A stretch of 64,000 nucleotides of DNA, taken from assembly GCA_965112155.1 (NCBI GenBank), contig OZ218106.1. The stretch is one strand, 5' to 3'. Below the pieces are notes generated by a model. The model did no database searches. It worked only from the letters and a program-made list of their open reading frames with translations, and was not told where the DNA came from. Source of the DNA: Podarcis liolepis. Lineage: Eukaryota. Both the position numbers and the translations under genes were made by a program. Positions 50,075 to 64,000 of the stretch are shown in pieces (positions within the stretch are counted from its first letter, which is position 1; every line of letters starts with the position of its first letter).

Positions 50075-50434
50075 GTAAAGGTAAAGGTACCCCTGCCTGT
50101 TTGGGCCAGTCTTGCCAGACTCTAGGGTTATGCGCTCATCTCACTCTATAGGCCGGGAGCCAGCGCTGTCTGCAGACACTTCCGGGTCACGTGGCCAGCG
50201 TGACAAGCTGCATCTGGCGAGCCAGCGCAGCACATGGAATGCCGTTTACCTTCCCACTAGTAAGCGGTCCCTATTTATCCCTATTTGCACCTGGGGGTGC
50301 TTTCGAACTGCTAGGTTGGCAGGCGCTGGGACCGAATGATGGGAGCGCACCCTGCCGCGGGGATTCGAATCGCCGACCATGCGATCGGCAAGTCCTAGGT
50401 GCTGTGGTTTTACCCACAGCGCCACCCGCGTCCC
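50075..50434 (-). mobile_element. Sauria SINE, full length
   Basis: Head GGGACGCGGGTGGCGCTGTGG on the minus strand; (ACCTTT)n tail; 17-bp TSD ATTACAACAGATTAAAG (50058-50074, 50435-50451). Confidence 0.93.
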
Positions 50435-50624
50435 ATTACAACAGATTAAAGTAACTTAAAATCACAAAAAATGGGATAGGTCATAAAATATACATCAAGA
50501 ACTCTACCATCAGCATTCTCCAAGAACTCTGTAGTGAAGGAGCTAGATATTTTGTGGTTTTATATTTTGATTTTATTCTGTGAACTGCCTTGAGACTTTC
50601 AGGTATATGGTGGTATATAAATTC

Positions 50625-50671
<47 letters not shown>
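50625..50671. repeat. (TAA)n microsatellite, probably the tail of a decayed minus-to-plus retroposon fragment at ~50540-50625
   Basis: Direct reading. Confidence 0.85.
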
Positions 50672-50672
<1 letters not shown>

Positions 50673-51091
50673 CACCTTTGTGGAGAGTGAGTTCCACAAC
50701 TTAGGGGCTTGCATAGACAATATGTTATCAAATGTTTGACAAGATGTGAGTGATGGACTATGTCTTTGCATTTCTGGGTCACAGGATGTTCAAACCTGGG
50801 GTGAAGCGTCGATCTGACATTTCACCCATTTCTTTCTGAACACAAGGTTGTATCTACTGGTGGCTTTGTGCTAAAGGAAGCACTTCCACTCATGTAACTT
50901 AACACACCCATTTTTATCAATCCCTCCTACCAGTTGCAGCCCTCTATGCCATATCCTGTGCTGTTCTAGAGGTCCCCCCAGCTGTGAAGCGTAGCTTTTG
51001 GATAGGATAGGATGACAAGAAAATCACTTCTGCTAGCACAAAGCCACTGTTGGATATAACTTAGAAGTAATGAAAAAGTGTAATGTTATGA

Positions 51092-51490
<399 letters not shown>

Positions 51491-52385
51491 TAAGTTGGTG
51501 TGAAAGTATGCTTAATGTACTCATGTGGTATGCTTAGAAGCACACAACTGGAACAGATGAGAAGATCGCCCAGCCTCTTGCTGCAAGGCACACAGATCTA
51601 CACTCTCTGCCTTGATCACAGTGCGCCAGTTGAGATGGTGCACTGCAGAAAGTTACGCATAGAGCAAATTGCTTCAGTTGACTCAAACAAGTGAGATGAC
51701 TTAGGGGAAAGCCAAGTCCTTTCAAAAAGTATGTGTACGTGCATGTGTGTATTTTAAATTTAAAAGATATTTACAATGATCCCCTCTTTGTGTATTGAAT
51801 ATCAATTTGCAGCATCGCCTTCTTTGCAAATGTGCATCGTACATGCACATGGTACATGAGAAGAGTTTTATTATTATTTATCTGAAGCCAAATATAAAAA
51901 GTATAAAGTAAACTCAAGACCCATTTCTGAGGTTTTCCAAGTATGCAAATGCTCCACATGTATGTGGAGCTTCCATGTGTGACTTTACCATTCATTGCTA
52001 CATTTGAAACAGTTTTCTACATGTATCCTGTTGTATGTACAAAGCTACCTCAGAATTTGCAGAAATTGAAGTTTCTATGTCGGATGAAAGTTTTATAGAC
52101 ACCAACTGGCAAACATACAAAGCTCTGAATAAGGCTCACAGTAGTCATTTGGTGTATATAATCAGCTTTCCGTAATTAAATATGGCTTTATATTGGGCGG
52201 GGAAATCAGTTAGTGAATCTGAGGCACATTTATCAGTATTGTAAGCATACATACACTTTGAAGTCAATTCTGTTGAAAATGAAACCTTATCATTCCCCAT
52301 GTAGTCTACACTTAGGTCTCCTACATGTTTTTGTAGGAAATCTTTAAACCTTGTCAAAGTCAGTGTTATTGTTGTATTACACATA

Positions 52386-52689
52386 AAGGTAAAGGTACCT
52401 GACCTGTCTGCTGTCTGTGTTTGTCCGCAGACAGCTTCTAGGTCATGTGGCCAGCATGACTAAGCTGCTTCTGGCGAAACCAGAGCAGCGCACGGAAACG
52501 CCATTTACCTTCCCACAGGAGTGGTACCTATTTATCTACTTGCACTTGATGTGCTTTTGAACTGCTAGGTGGGCAGGAGCTGGGACCGAGCAAAAGGAGC
52601 TCACCCCATCGCGGGGATTCAAAATGCCGACCTTCCAATTGGAAAGCCCCAGGCTCTGTGGTTTAGACCACAGTGGCACCCGCGTTCCC
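52386..52689 (-). mobile_element. Sauria SINE (internally deleted)
   Basis: AAAGGTAAAGGT tail; 11-bp flanking repeat TATTACACATA. Confidence 0.88.
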
Positions 52690-54861
52690 TTTTATTACAC
52701 ATATTGCAGCATATAATGCTGGTTACAGAAGAATGGAAGTGTGATGGCACCCTGTGTTGTAATGAGCATTTGTGTCAAAACTAGTTCAAGACTGGTACTC
52801 ATAGTTGTTATTAGGGCAACTACCCTGTAATGTATACCACATGTGTATTAGATAACCTGCTTGCTGCAAGGATATAAAGAGCTAGTCCCTTGCAACCCTA
52901 TCTGGTAGGCTTACCCAGTGGGAGTTTAGTTTTTCTCTCCCATTTGAATGGCAAACCTTGTGCCATATCACAATGGCTTCGAACGCCTCCTTGCTTTCAG
53001 GAGGTTTGCCATGTAACATGCAGGGCTGGCTGTTTGAAAAAGCTCTTTGCTTTGCAGAACTAGTTGTATAGTTCTTAGTATCCAGGTCCCTTGTTCAGTG
53101 AAATCTAAGATATGATGCACTCTCTGAGTCCTCTCCAAGGTAAATAGGAACTCTAGTGCCACCTTTGAATAATTTTGATTTAGAAGTTGAAACCATGGGG
53201 TGTGTGTGTTTCATTAATAGTCTCTGCCTACCAATGAGTAACCTTAGAGTAACCTCTTTGACAGAGGAACAGGGGAACTGTGATCCTGTTGTTTCTTCTC
53301 AATCTCTCAGTGACTTTCAATACCATTGACCACAGTATCATCTGGACTATCTTTTTGTGTTGGGAGGGGAGCACTCTTTTATAGTGGCTCTACTGCTACT
53401 TGTGGGGCCAGGTTCAGTGAGTTGCACTGGCTAACTATGAATCATAGCCAGCTTAGTTTTACTCAGAGTAGACCCAATGAAATCCACCTGGCCCAGGGCA
53501 GGGCCTGACAAGTTTTATAAGGACTGATGCTGCTGCTCAGCAGAGAGGGCTTCTTCTTTTAAATTGCTTTTAAATTGTTTTTTATATCATTTAGAATTCT
53601 TTTTTTAGTGTAAGGGCATTTTGTGTGATGTGCCTGGGAGGAAAGGAGTGGGGGAGAGCAGTGGGAGGCCCAGTTACAGTGGTTCTGGGTGGGAGGAGGT
53701 ATGGTGTGGGAAGAGGGGGAGGCCAGGTAGGGGGCAGCCAGCACAGGCTGTTAGTGACTGTGCCATGTGCCATGTGCCAGCCCCTCCAGTCTGCAACTGC
53801 TGCTGTTGAATGCCAGGTCAGCCCAGAATAAAATCTCCCTCATCCACGATCTGATTATACAGTGATTTTGACAGCAAAGTCTGTATTTCACAAACGATCT
53901 TAAGACTTACTTATTCAAAACAAAGTTAGTTCTGAATTTTCATATGCAGAGTAATAGTTCTGCTTTCTGGCTTAAAGGCAAACTGCAAACTGCCATTAAC
54001 AACATGACTAGTTAGATGATCTCATAAACTGACTTTTGCATTGTGAATGATCTTGCAACTAGAGATGGAAGGTATTTCGAGTCATCATGCTCATGCAAGG
54101 GGTGTTCAGTTCATATAATGTTAGCTTGCTGCTGTCATTGTATAAGATGCTTTAGACTATCACACCTTTTACAGTCCAGCTGCCTAAATAAACACTAAGC
54201 ACTTGACCTGGTTCTGTTTCCAAATTCCTCTAATCAGCTTAAAGCCCATCTTTAGGCTTTTAACTCTCAGGAGCATGAAAAAAATATATTACTCAAACAG
54301 CAAGTTTAATGTCATCTTTAGAATGTTTTGCGCTCTCTCAGACTGTCAGTTATTGCACTTTACTTGCCATTATTGATCAGCTAGAATGATTAAATGGAAT
54401 TAGAGATTCATAGATAGTTAGTGCCTTTAACTACTGTCTGGTGCAATAAAGATTAAAGAAATCAAGTTTTGGAAAGTCAGGCTTTTGGCATGGTTTGCAG
54501 AGGATTGCTGGGCTATGTGCCAAGCACACCTAGCAGAAGTGGCCACAATAGTGATACAGACCACAGTGTTCTTTTCGAGCATCACTCTTTTGTATTCCTA
54601 ACCCTTTGACTCAGTACTGTTGTCTTAGTGGTAGTCTAGGCACTTAATTGGATGAATCAGATATGTTCTTGGCAGGCCACGCCAAGCAGTGAGTCCCAAT
54701 GACCCTGTTGTAGTCTATAGTAAGGCGGTTATTTTAAGACTCTGTTGCTGATAATGGCTGCTTTCTTTTGAAGTACAACCAATTATCGGCATGAAGCACC
54801 TAAAATGCACTAAGTGTGATGAGCATTAAGAAACTGCTGTGGACAGATGATTTTGAAAATA

Positions 54862-55079
54862 CAGTGGTACCTCGGGTTACAGACGCTTCAGGTTACAGAC
54901 TCCGCTAACCCAGAAATAGTGCTTCAGGTTAAGAACTTTACCTCAGGGTGAGAACAGAAATCGTGTGGCAGCGACACGGGGGCAGCGGGAGGCCCCATTA
55001 GCTAAAGTGGTACTTCAGGCTAAGAACAGTTTCAGGTTAAGAACGGACCGAATTAAGTTCTTAACCTGAGGTACCACTG
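54862..55079. mobile_element. Tc1/mariner MITE family A copy 3
   Basis: TA|CAGTGGTACCTCGGGTT ... GAGGTACCACTG|TA. Confidence 0.9.
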
Positions 55080-55254
55080 TATTCTAATAGTTCTTTTTCA
55101 GTAATGTAACTGCATATGTACATAGGTAAGCTGACTTATACTGAGTTAGACCATTGATCTATCCAGCTCAGCGTTGGCTACACTAGCTAGGAGCGGCTCT
55201 CTATGGTTTCAGGCAACTAGTCTTTCCCAGCCCTGCCCTTACTTGTTTTCTCCT

Positions 55255-55310
55255 GCCTGGACAGCTCAGTTGGTTAGAGTGTGGTGCTAATAACGCCAAG
55301 GTTGCAGGTT
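55255..55310 (+). pseudogene. tRNA-Ile(AAT)-derived fragment (truncated pseudogene or SINE head)
   Basis: AGCTCAGTTGGTTAGAGTGTGGTGCTAATAACGCCAAGGTTGCAGGTT matches vertebrate tRNA-Ile-AAT through the D and anticodon arms, then stops inside the T arm. Confidence 0.75.
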
Positions 55311-58021
55311 AGCTAGCTTTTTATGAATTAGGATCTGCAGGGCTATTAGAAGGTAACAAATGTATTCATTGGTGATCTACAGAGAGCAGCAAGCCACTTG
55401 TGGGGGAGCAGGTGGGGATATTGAGGCTGAACAGATGGGAAGAAGAGATTATATGTAGCACAGACTTAGAATGATTAACTTTTGTTTTTCAAAAAGGAAA
55501 AAAAAGGAAAAATAATTTTCCTAAGATGTGTTGCTTATCACTAAAATACTTTATGCCCCCCCTACTCCAACATGACGTACATGACCTTAAAAAGCAGTGG
55601 ATTGCTGAAATGGGTCAGAAGCTGATCATAAGTTACTATCTTCAGAGGATTTAAATCCCCTGTCTTAAACAGAGAGCTCTATTTCACTAACCCATTAGCT
55701 TTAGAAGAGTATTGTTTTGCAAAGTGGGTTTTCATAAAGCTTGTTTTTATGCAGACCTATGCCTACTCTGGGCTAAAAATATTCAATTTATACATAAAGG
55801 ATCCTGCTTGCATAATAAATTATATAAACACATAATATATGTATTTAATTCATTCGAATTAAGCTGTGAGTCAAACTGTATTTTTTCAAAAAAGGTCCAT
55901 TGACACCAAGAGGACTTTAAATTGACTGAATCATTGTATTTCAGGCAAAATTATATTCTATAGCAGTTTGTAGTGTGGTGGAGGTGAGCTCAGGCAAGGG
56001 CATTTCCTAGGCATCTTTCAAAAATCATGTGAACTAGTAGCCTCTTTCAGAACATTATATCCAAAGTGTGATTCTAATGGAATCTTTTTGCCACATAATC
56101 CGGCTATCATATTTTTGCTCATGTTCCAAGTTTTATTTCTGTGATGTTTAGGATTAGTTTGCTCCAAGCCAATATAGAAGGTTGTCATTCGACATTTCTG
56201 TGAGCATTGCCACATCAATATGATTCCCAGTCAGGAGAACCCTGGAGGGAAGAATTTAAGGGAACAATACGTGTGTAGATACTTAAGCGTTGTGGTTTTA
56301 TTGCGGAGGAGATCAGAAGCAAAGAAAACCGGGGAGTGTGAACTAGGAGGCTACAGACCAGCAGCTCAACCACAGTAAGATTGTCCTGTACACTGCAGAG
56401 TTCAGAGAATGTGGTATGAGTATTGACTTCTTGGACTTCCTGGACTTCCCAAAGTTATTCCATAGGACTGCTATTCTTAACTGAGTCCAAACTTGAGCAA
56501 GCCCTGTGCTTGCAGTTTCCACAACAGATGATGTGGGCCCTTCTCCTCCTCCTTCTCCTTCTTCTTCTTTTTCTTTTTTGGATGAGGGTTCTGAATTGCG
56601 TCACTCTCAGCAGGAGGGATCAGTTTTGGATCTGGTAGATCCATGGGCAGCTTTGTTCTGCCTTCCACCAGTTCAAGGCCCTGTGGCTTATGCCACTGGT
56701 GGGAACACAATGGTCTGTAGTTTCATAATGGCAACACTTTTCGTGGGGGCCTCTGGAACACTCACAACCAGCAGATGTTGGCAGATGACCACCTCTGCCA
56801 TATCCTAAACCCCTCCGGCAGTGAAGATCAGGGGATTAGGACTTCTCACCCTTCAACCTCAACATGTATTTGGGGACACATTTCTTAATTTTGTAATATT
56901 TATTTGTAGTGTTGCTGTTGTAGCCCATCACCCATTAATGTCTCCCCAATTGCCAGATGAAGTCCATTGCTTTAAAAGTTGTATTCTGCTGAGTCACATT
57001 CGTAGCAGATCCACTGAAATCAGTGAACGAGTGAGTCATAAGTCACAAGTCCATTGGATTCAGTGGGTTTACTCTGAGTTGGACTTAACTGGATACAACC
57101 CTGCTTATATCCTCTGTGGTAAATAATTGTTTCAGTCTCATTAGTCATGTCTCTGTGCTCCTAAATTGCTTAGAGGTTTTATCAAGTGGTATACAAAATA
57201 GAAGTAAAGGGGGGGGGGGATTGGCTAAATCTACTACCATCCAGAAATCCCAGGGCCTTTATGCTTTTTAAAAAGATATTTGGCAAAAGGTGCATCTAAG
57301 TATCATATATGATACCTGGAAATTCAAGAGGAATTTAAGTTGGTGAATTGGCACAGGAAGAAATGATTAGCCCCTCTCCCAGAGTGCCACAGAGACAAAA
57401 AAATTATTCAGGTTACCATCAATGGTAGCTACTATTAAAGCTTTTAAGTGATACCAGAATGTCCTGTCATCATGTCTGGCTTGTGTTAGAACTGACTAGA
57501 AAAAAATAATAATTAATGGCTTTCTTTTTATAAATATGTTTTATATCACAGTTTGGAATACTCCACAACTTGAAAGCTTATTTAATGACTTTCAAATCAC
57601 TAGGTGTTAAAAATATTTAAATGTATCTGCAGCTGCCCCACATAAAACTGATAAAGAATTTGAGGGGGAAGTGACGTTGCACTGTTTTTTACTCAGAAAT
57701 GCTTTCCTTTGTCAGTCTTTTACTTTTGCTGGTGATGGAATTAATTTTGGCTGACCTCCTCAAGGACCATATGATTTTAAGCGTTCTTGCTGTAAAAACA
57801 AATGCTTCTTATACCTCCACCCCTATCTCCAAGAAGAAAATTGTACAATTAAATGTTTACCTTTTTATATAAAGAGAGAGAGAGAGCCAAAGTTTAATCT
57901 TCTTGACAAACCACAGAAAAACTAATGATTTTCAGAAGATTAAAATGCAAATTGCAGCACCTTTTTGGCAACGAGCAATATTCACATAAGTTTTCATCCG
58001 TGTTCTTCTTCTAAATTACAG

Positions 58022-58200
58022 GTGCTGTTCTTATGTAGGCCGAAGGGGTAATGGCCCTCAGGCAATTTCTATTGGCAAGAACTGTGATAAATTTGGAATT
58101 GTTGTTCATGAGCTGGGACATGTGATAGGATTTTGGCATGAACACACAAGACCAGACAGAGATGATCATGTAACCATCATCAGAGAAAACATCCAGCCAG
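58022..58200 (+). CDS. TLL1: Tolloid-like protein 1, coding exon 6 (zinc-binding motif)
   Basis: ttacag|G...CCAG|gtgaga; 179 nt; [59 protein letters not shown](G); HExxHxxGxxH at 58107-58139. Confidence 0.98.
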
Positions 58201-58387
58201 GTGAGACCATTTTAGTGTGCTTTCTTATATTTTAGTGTGGTGAATTATATTTTAAAATGCTGCCCCATTTTATTTGCTTGCGGCTCTTGAGGTTCTTGCA
58301 CATTGATATAACTGGATAGTGCTAAAACAGCAAAATTCAGCTGTGCTGTTCAGGGTGGGTGTTTATATGAGACATTTGCATTATGCA

Positions 58388-58768
58388 AGGTAAAGGACCC
58401 CTGACAGTTAAGTCCAATCGCGAACAACTCTGGGGTTGCAGCACTCATCTTGCTTTACTGGCCTAGGGAGCCGACATTTGTCTGCAGACAGCTTTTCCAG
58501 GTCATGTGGCTAGCATGACTAAGCCGCTTCTGGCGAAACCAGAGCAGCACACGCAAACGCCATTTACCTTCCTGCCGGAGCAGTACCTATTTATCTAGAT
58601 GCACTTTCATGTGCTTTCGAACTGCTAGGTTGGCAGGAGCAGGGACCGAGCAACAGGAGCTCACCCTGTTGTGGGGATTCGAACCGCCGACCTTCTGATC
58701 GGCAAGCCCTAGGCTCTGTGGTTTAGACCACAGCACCACCCGCATCCCAACAGCGCCACTTGCGTCCC
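58388..58768 (-). mobile_element. Sauria SINE with duplicated 5' end
   Basis: AAGGTAAAGGACCCC tail; TSD ATTATGCAAGG/ATTATACAAGG. Confidence 0.9.
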
Positions 58769-59823
58769 TATTATACAAGGGGTACTTTGTGTTAATACAG
58801 TAAATACTTAGTAAAAGCAATTGATAGCTTATGCAGTCTCCATAACCTCAAGCTGCCTCCTTGGCAGTTTACCCTTGTTTGAAGAAGCTGTTGTTGTTGT
58901 TAATTGGTTATATTGAAGGTATGTGCCCCTAGGCATCTTTGCAGATGATTTATTTCTCTCTAACACTTGAGTGAGTGAACTACATCTTTAAACCCTGTGA
59001 GAAACCATTTGAATGTCCTGGGTGTGTAGAGAGAAATGTCTCTATATTTGGAAATGAAGAATAGGAGCAGCCAGTAGAATATGGAAAAGGGCTGGTTGTG
59101 AGGAGAAACTATGTGATGGTTGAAATTATGTTCATACATGGTAGTACAAGGCTCCAATGAAGATGATAAAGCCGTTTGAAAATTAAAAATATGCTGTAGA
59201 TAATAAATAATAATGAGTGTAGGAATGGGTTACAAAATCAGTTCCACATTATGTTAACAGCATCAAAAAACCTTGATTTTTATGTTCCCACAGCAACAGT
59301 CAGAGTAGCAAACATGACATTAAGAACATATAATGAATGAGTCAGATAAGGACAGAAAGTAGTCCCAGAATATTTGTCTCCATTTGGCTTTCTTCCTATT
59401 CAGCATAGCACGTAGCACAGTAAGATGGGGTTTCATAGGGCTGTTAAAAGAATCATTTGATTCATGAGGGAAAAAATAATATTTAAGAATGATTGCATTA
59501 AGAATGAATCAAAAAGCTGTTGATAGTTGTGCAGAAACATTTGGCTTCATCAGTATTGAGTTTCTCTGACTGAATGAGGAATGGCTAAGGTGAACTTGCC
59601 AGGTTATGAACAGGTGATACCTGAGAGTCTGACATATAAATGTAATATTTGTTCCTGAGGGGCATAGCATCAAACCTTAAAAAACACTATACCACCAGTA
59701 CTCTGCAATAGTTGTAAGATGTGACAACTCACCTTTGGATCCCAATGTTGTGGCAGTAATTGGTCAAGGTTGCCCAGAAACACCATTCAGTGCTCCGAAC
59801 AAATGGATAGAAGAAAAGTTAGG

Positions 59824-59876
<53 letters not shown>

Positions 59877-60828
59877 TTATTATTTATACCCCGCCCATCT
59901 GGCTGGGCCTCCCCAGCCACTCTGGGCGGCGTCCATAAAAACCAAAAATACAGTAAAATATCACACGTTAAAAACTTCCCTGAACAGGGCTGCCTTAAGA
60001 TGTCTTCTGAATGTCAGGTAGTTGTTTATCGCTTTGACATCTGCTGGAAGGGCGTTCCACAGGGCGGGCGCCACTACTGAGAAGGCCCTCTGCCTGGTTC
60101 CCTGTAGCTTTGCTTCTCGCAATGAGGGAACCGCCAGAATGCCCTCGGCGCTGGACCTCAGCGTCCGGGCAGAATGATGGGGGTGGAGACGCTCCTTCAG
60201 GTATACTGGACCGAGGCCGTTTAGGGCTTTAAAGGTCAGCACCAACACTTTGAATTGTGCTCGGAAACCTACTGGGAGCCAATGTAGGTCTTTCAAGACC
60301 GGTGTTATATGGTCTCGGCGGCCGCCCCCAGTCACCAGTCTAGCTGCCGCATTCTGGATTAGTTGTAGTTTCCAAGTCACCTTCAAAGGTAGCCCCACGT
60401 AGAGTGCATTGCAGTAGTCCAAGCGGGAGATAACCAGAGCATGCACCACTCTGGTGAGACAGTCCGCAGGCAGATAGGGTCTCAGCCTACGTACCAGATG
60501 GAGCTGGTAAACAGCTGCCCTGGATACAGATTTGACCTGTGCCTCCATGGACAGCTGTGAGTCCAAAATGACTCCCAGGCTGCGCACCTGGTCCTTCAGG
60601 GGCACAGTTACCCCATTCAGGACCAGGGAATCCTCCACACCTGCCCGCCTCCTGTCCCCCCAAAACAGTACTTCTGTCTTGTCAGGATTCAACCTCAATC
60701 TGTTAGCCGCCATCCATCCTCCAACCGCCTCCAGACACTCATGCAGGACCTTCACCGCCTTCACTGGTTCTGATTTAAAAGAGAGGTACAGCTGGGTATC
60801 ATCCGCATACTGATGAACACCCAGCCCA
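59824..60828 (-). mobile_element. 5'-truncated L2-clade LINE with open RT C-terminal frame
   Basis: GVHQYADDTQLYLSF...WMAANRLRLNPDKTE...SRLDYCNALY...LQLIQNAAARLV...LHWLPV; stop at 59961; (ATT)n tail. Confidence 0.93.
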
Positions 60829-61202
60829 AGGAGGGTAAAAATTAATTTGCCCCTCCTTTCCTGCCTCCCTTTCTCTCTGCCTAATGTGTCCAGTTATAGA
60901 GAGGCTGGATGTGCTTCAGGAGATACTAAAATGCATTGTACTGGGCCAGAAAAATAAAACATCCTACAAAAGTCCTGAGGTGGTTCCAAAGTCTCAAGAT
61001 CAGCCCATTCTATCTCAGACCACTTTGGGTTGTCTCGAATTCTGAGGAGGTCTAAATATCTCCAAAGTGGATATATTCACTCATTCATTGTCAGAGGTGA
61101 ATGCACAGCAGTACTGTATGTAAGTAGAAGGGCTGGGACTTCTGTTTTCTTCTGTTTTTCTCTTTCTTTTTAGGAAAGGCTTACATGAGATCTTGCTTAT
61201 GA

Positions 61203-61346
<144 letters not shown>

Positions 61347-62633
61347 TAATTCCATTCTTCTTTGTGTATATATTTTATAGATGTAGTTTTGATTCAGGCA
61401 ATTGACCAAAGAGGTTTATCATGTTGTAGCTCCTCAAGCTAATAGTTGTGAAAATGGTTCTCTTAGATATGTCTGATTATTTTATAAGTATGTTCTCATA
61501 ATGATCATTGATAGACTTTTCTTACACTTGTCTTACAGTAATCCCCACTTTAAAAGAAAAAGAAAAAAAGAAAACTGCTCCCTTGCTCTCAGAGTTTGCT
61601 TGTTCATAGTAGACAATGGGGAACTTCCTGTGCTAGGCTGCTAGATCATAGCCATTACCTTCAACAGGAACAAGTCCTATTTTGTCACTAGGAGGGAGCA
61701 AAATAGAATAAGGCTTCTCAGAACACAAGGTCTAAAGGTGCCAAGGTGAAAAAAGGTTATTCCAGGCTGCTATATAAAACAATTTGCCAGTAACAGGAAC
61801 AATGTGGAATGTTCCCAGCCATTATATATTAGAAATTCTGTTACTCGTGGAGATTAGATCTTTTCTTAATTGTGAGTGACACTAATTTGATCATTTTTAG
61901 ATTACTGTGATGGAAAATGAAACCTTCAGAAAGCACTCATGGTGCTTGGTAACAGGATGAATCAATCTGACTTTGTTGTTTTATGCATGTCTTTTGAATG
62001 TGCCCCCCCAATAGACAGGCAGGCTTTTTATGTATTGATTTCCCCCCATAATAAATTCCACTACAGTTCAAAAGATTGCATGTACCGTTGACTATGATTA
62101 TAAAAGTAAGAGTTTTCTGATAGACCTATGACCCTTTTAAAAGATTGCATTGACAAATAAATGCTTAGAATAAAGTATGCTAGCATGGTGAGCAGCACCT
62201 GATCAAAGCAGTCTGTAAGCATAATCTACCTTGCATATATTCAAGCAGTTGTGGAAATGATTGGGAACAAGAAAATGATTATGGTTCCTAAAAAGCAAAA
62301 GCAGCATTTGAAGCAGATTTCCATGTACTAATTATATAAAAACTAACAGTTTAGTGTGGGATATGTTGCTCTTGATATTAATTTAATTTCATTGCACGAG
62401 AGCAATTGATGTTCGGAATTGTTGACAGTTTGCTAAGGAACAGGGACTTGAGCAGAACAGTTTACCAAACTGTTGTTGCATGGTTGTCAACAACAAACCA
62501 ATTTAATCAAACAAGCCACTCTCGAGTTTTCCATTATGGCTGCTATTTATTTATTATATTTTTAAAGATCTAATTTGGCCAAGAACATAAACAAAAGTTA
62601 GATTCTGATAGCTTAGTTTGATATGAAACCTGA

Positions 62634-62801
<168 letters not shown>

Positions 62802-63357
62802 TAAAACATATGCCCAATAAAGCATGCTTTCCTGCAGAATTCATGAGCGCTAACGGATGGTTTTGAATAATCTGTTTCTAATCGGTTTTCATTCAGGCAG
62901 TTAAGGCATATTTGAAAGCTGAGATAGTAAGCATTTTAAAGTGTGGTAGCTCTGGGACATTAGGCACTAAGGTATGAATGGCCTGAATCTGAATTTACTG
63001 ACTCATATGGCATTTCTGTGCTTGCCTACTGTAGCTGTTCACTTGCTGGATAAGGAAGTGGGGGAAAACATGATTCATTCTCTCAGTTCTTATTTAAGAT
63101 ATTGTACTTTAAGCCTGGAGCTATGTTTAGATGAATGATGGGTTTGTTTAACATATCTCAGCAGCGGAATCCAGATGCCCTGCAAAACAATTGCACCGAA
63201 CAGCTCTTTGTGCAGGAATTCTTTATACAATAACCATCATGCTTGGTCTGGACCTCTTGCTGCAGAGAGTCTTGGTAGTACCTTGGTCACTTGGTCTGAA
63301 ACTTTATTTCTTTGGCCACTCTCCCCCTCTTGCAGATCAGTTAACTAGCTCCTAGAT

Positions 63358-63493
63358 CAAGCATAGGCAAACTCGGCCTTCCAGATGTTTTGGGACTACA
63401 ACTCCCATCATCCCTGCCCACGGGTCCTGTTAGCTAGGGATGATGGGAGTTGTAGTCCCAAAACATCTGGAGGGCCGAGTTTGCCTATGCCTG
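63358..63493. mobile_element. Palindromic hAT-Charlie MITE (URR1-like), copy 2
   Basis: CAAGCATAGGCAAACT ... AGTTTGCCTATGCCTG; TSD TCCTAGAT/TCCTAGTT. Confidence 0.9.
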
Positions 63494-63741
63494 TCCTAGT
63501 TCCATGAAGCCTTAACAGCATCTTCTCACAATCTCCCCTCCTAAAAATGTGATTGGTCACCATTCACCCTTGTCCATGTGTAACGTCTCTTTCCTGCCCA
63601 CAGCCCTTGCCTCTGCAACACAGAGCATGTGTGATGCTTGTGTGATGCTAATCTCTCACACCTGCTAGTTCTTGTCTGTTTCAGAGGAACCAATTAGAGA
63701 GGGAAGGAAGAAGATAAGCATCCCCCAGCTTCAGCTATGTA

Positions 63742-63999
63742 CTGTATTTTTTGCTCTATAAGACTCACTTTTTCCCTCCTAAAAAGTAAGGGGAAATCTG
63801 TGTGCGTCTTATGGGGCGAATGCAGGCTGCGCAGCTATCCCAGAAGCCAGAACAGCAAAAGGGATCGCTGCTTTCACTGTGCAGCGATCCCTCTTGTTGT
63901 TCTGGCTTCTGAGATTCAGAATATTTTTTTCTTGTTTTCCTCCTCCAAAAACTAGGTGTGTCTTATGGTCTGGTGTGTCTTAAAAAGCGAAAAATACAG
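63742..63999. mobile_element. Tc1/mariner MITE family D copy 2
   Basis: TA|CTGTATTTTT ... AAAAATACAG|T(A); reverse complement of 33697-33961. Confidence 0.9.
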
Positions 64000-64000
64000 T

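Noticed and set aside
55255-55310. Functional tRNA gene
   Set aside because: It lacks the T loop, B box and 3' acceptor stem.

Overview
Vertebrate genomic DNA, most likely a squamate reptile (lizard), judged from Sauria SINEs, BovB, L2, CR1 and many hAT and Tc1/mariner MITEs. The window covers part of TLL1 (tolloid-like 1, an astacin/BMP1-family metalloprotease) on the + strand. It holds the 3' ~39 kb of intron 1 and coding exons 2-8 (111, 81, 153, 118, 179, 106 and 125 nt; all GT-AG; 873 nt in one open frame). These exons encode the prodomain (FWGDI), the furin site (RFPR|AATSR) and the whole catalytic domain ([16 protein letters not shown]). Exon 1 and the CUB/EGF exons lie outside the window. 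The rest is intronic sequence rich in transposons. Most notable: (1) a 1.45-kb non-autonomous hAT element with a perfect 8-bp TSD carrying an intact CpG-island, promoter-like cargo; (2) a strong cryptic acceptor 36 nt upstream of exon 7 that would add an in-frame stop; (3) inverted TE pairs bracketing frame-preserving exon blocks, including exons 2-8, which would form a stop-free circle; (4) a composite hAT MITE amplified together with a captured L2 3' end. No prokaryotic-type system (CRISPR etc.) is present, and the novel claims are hypotheses that need testing.
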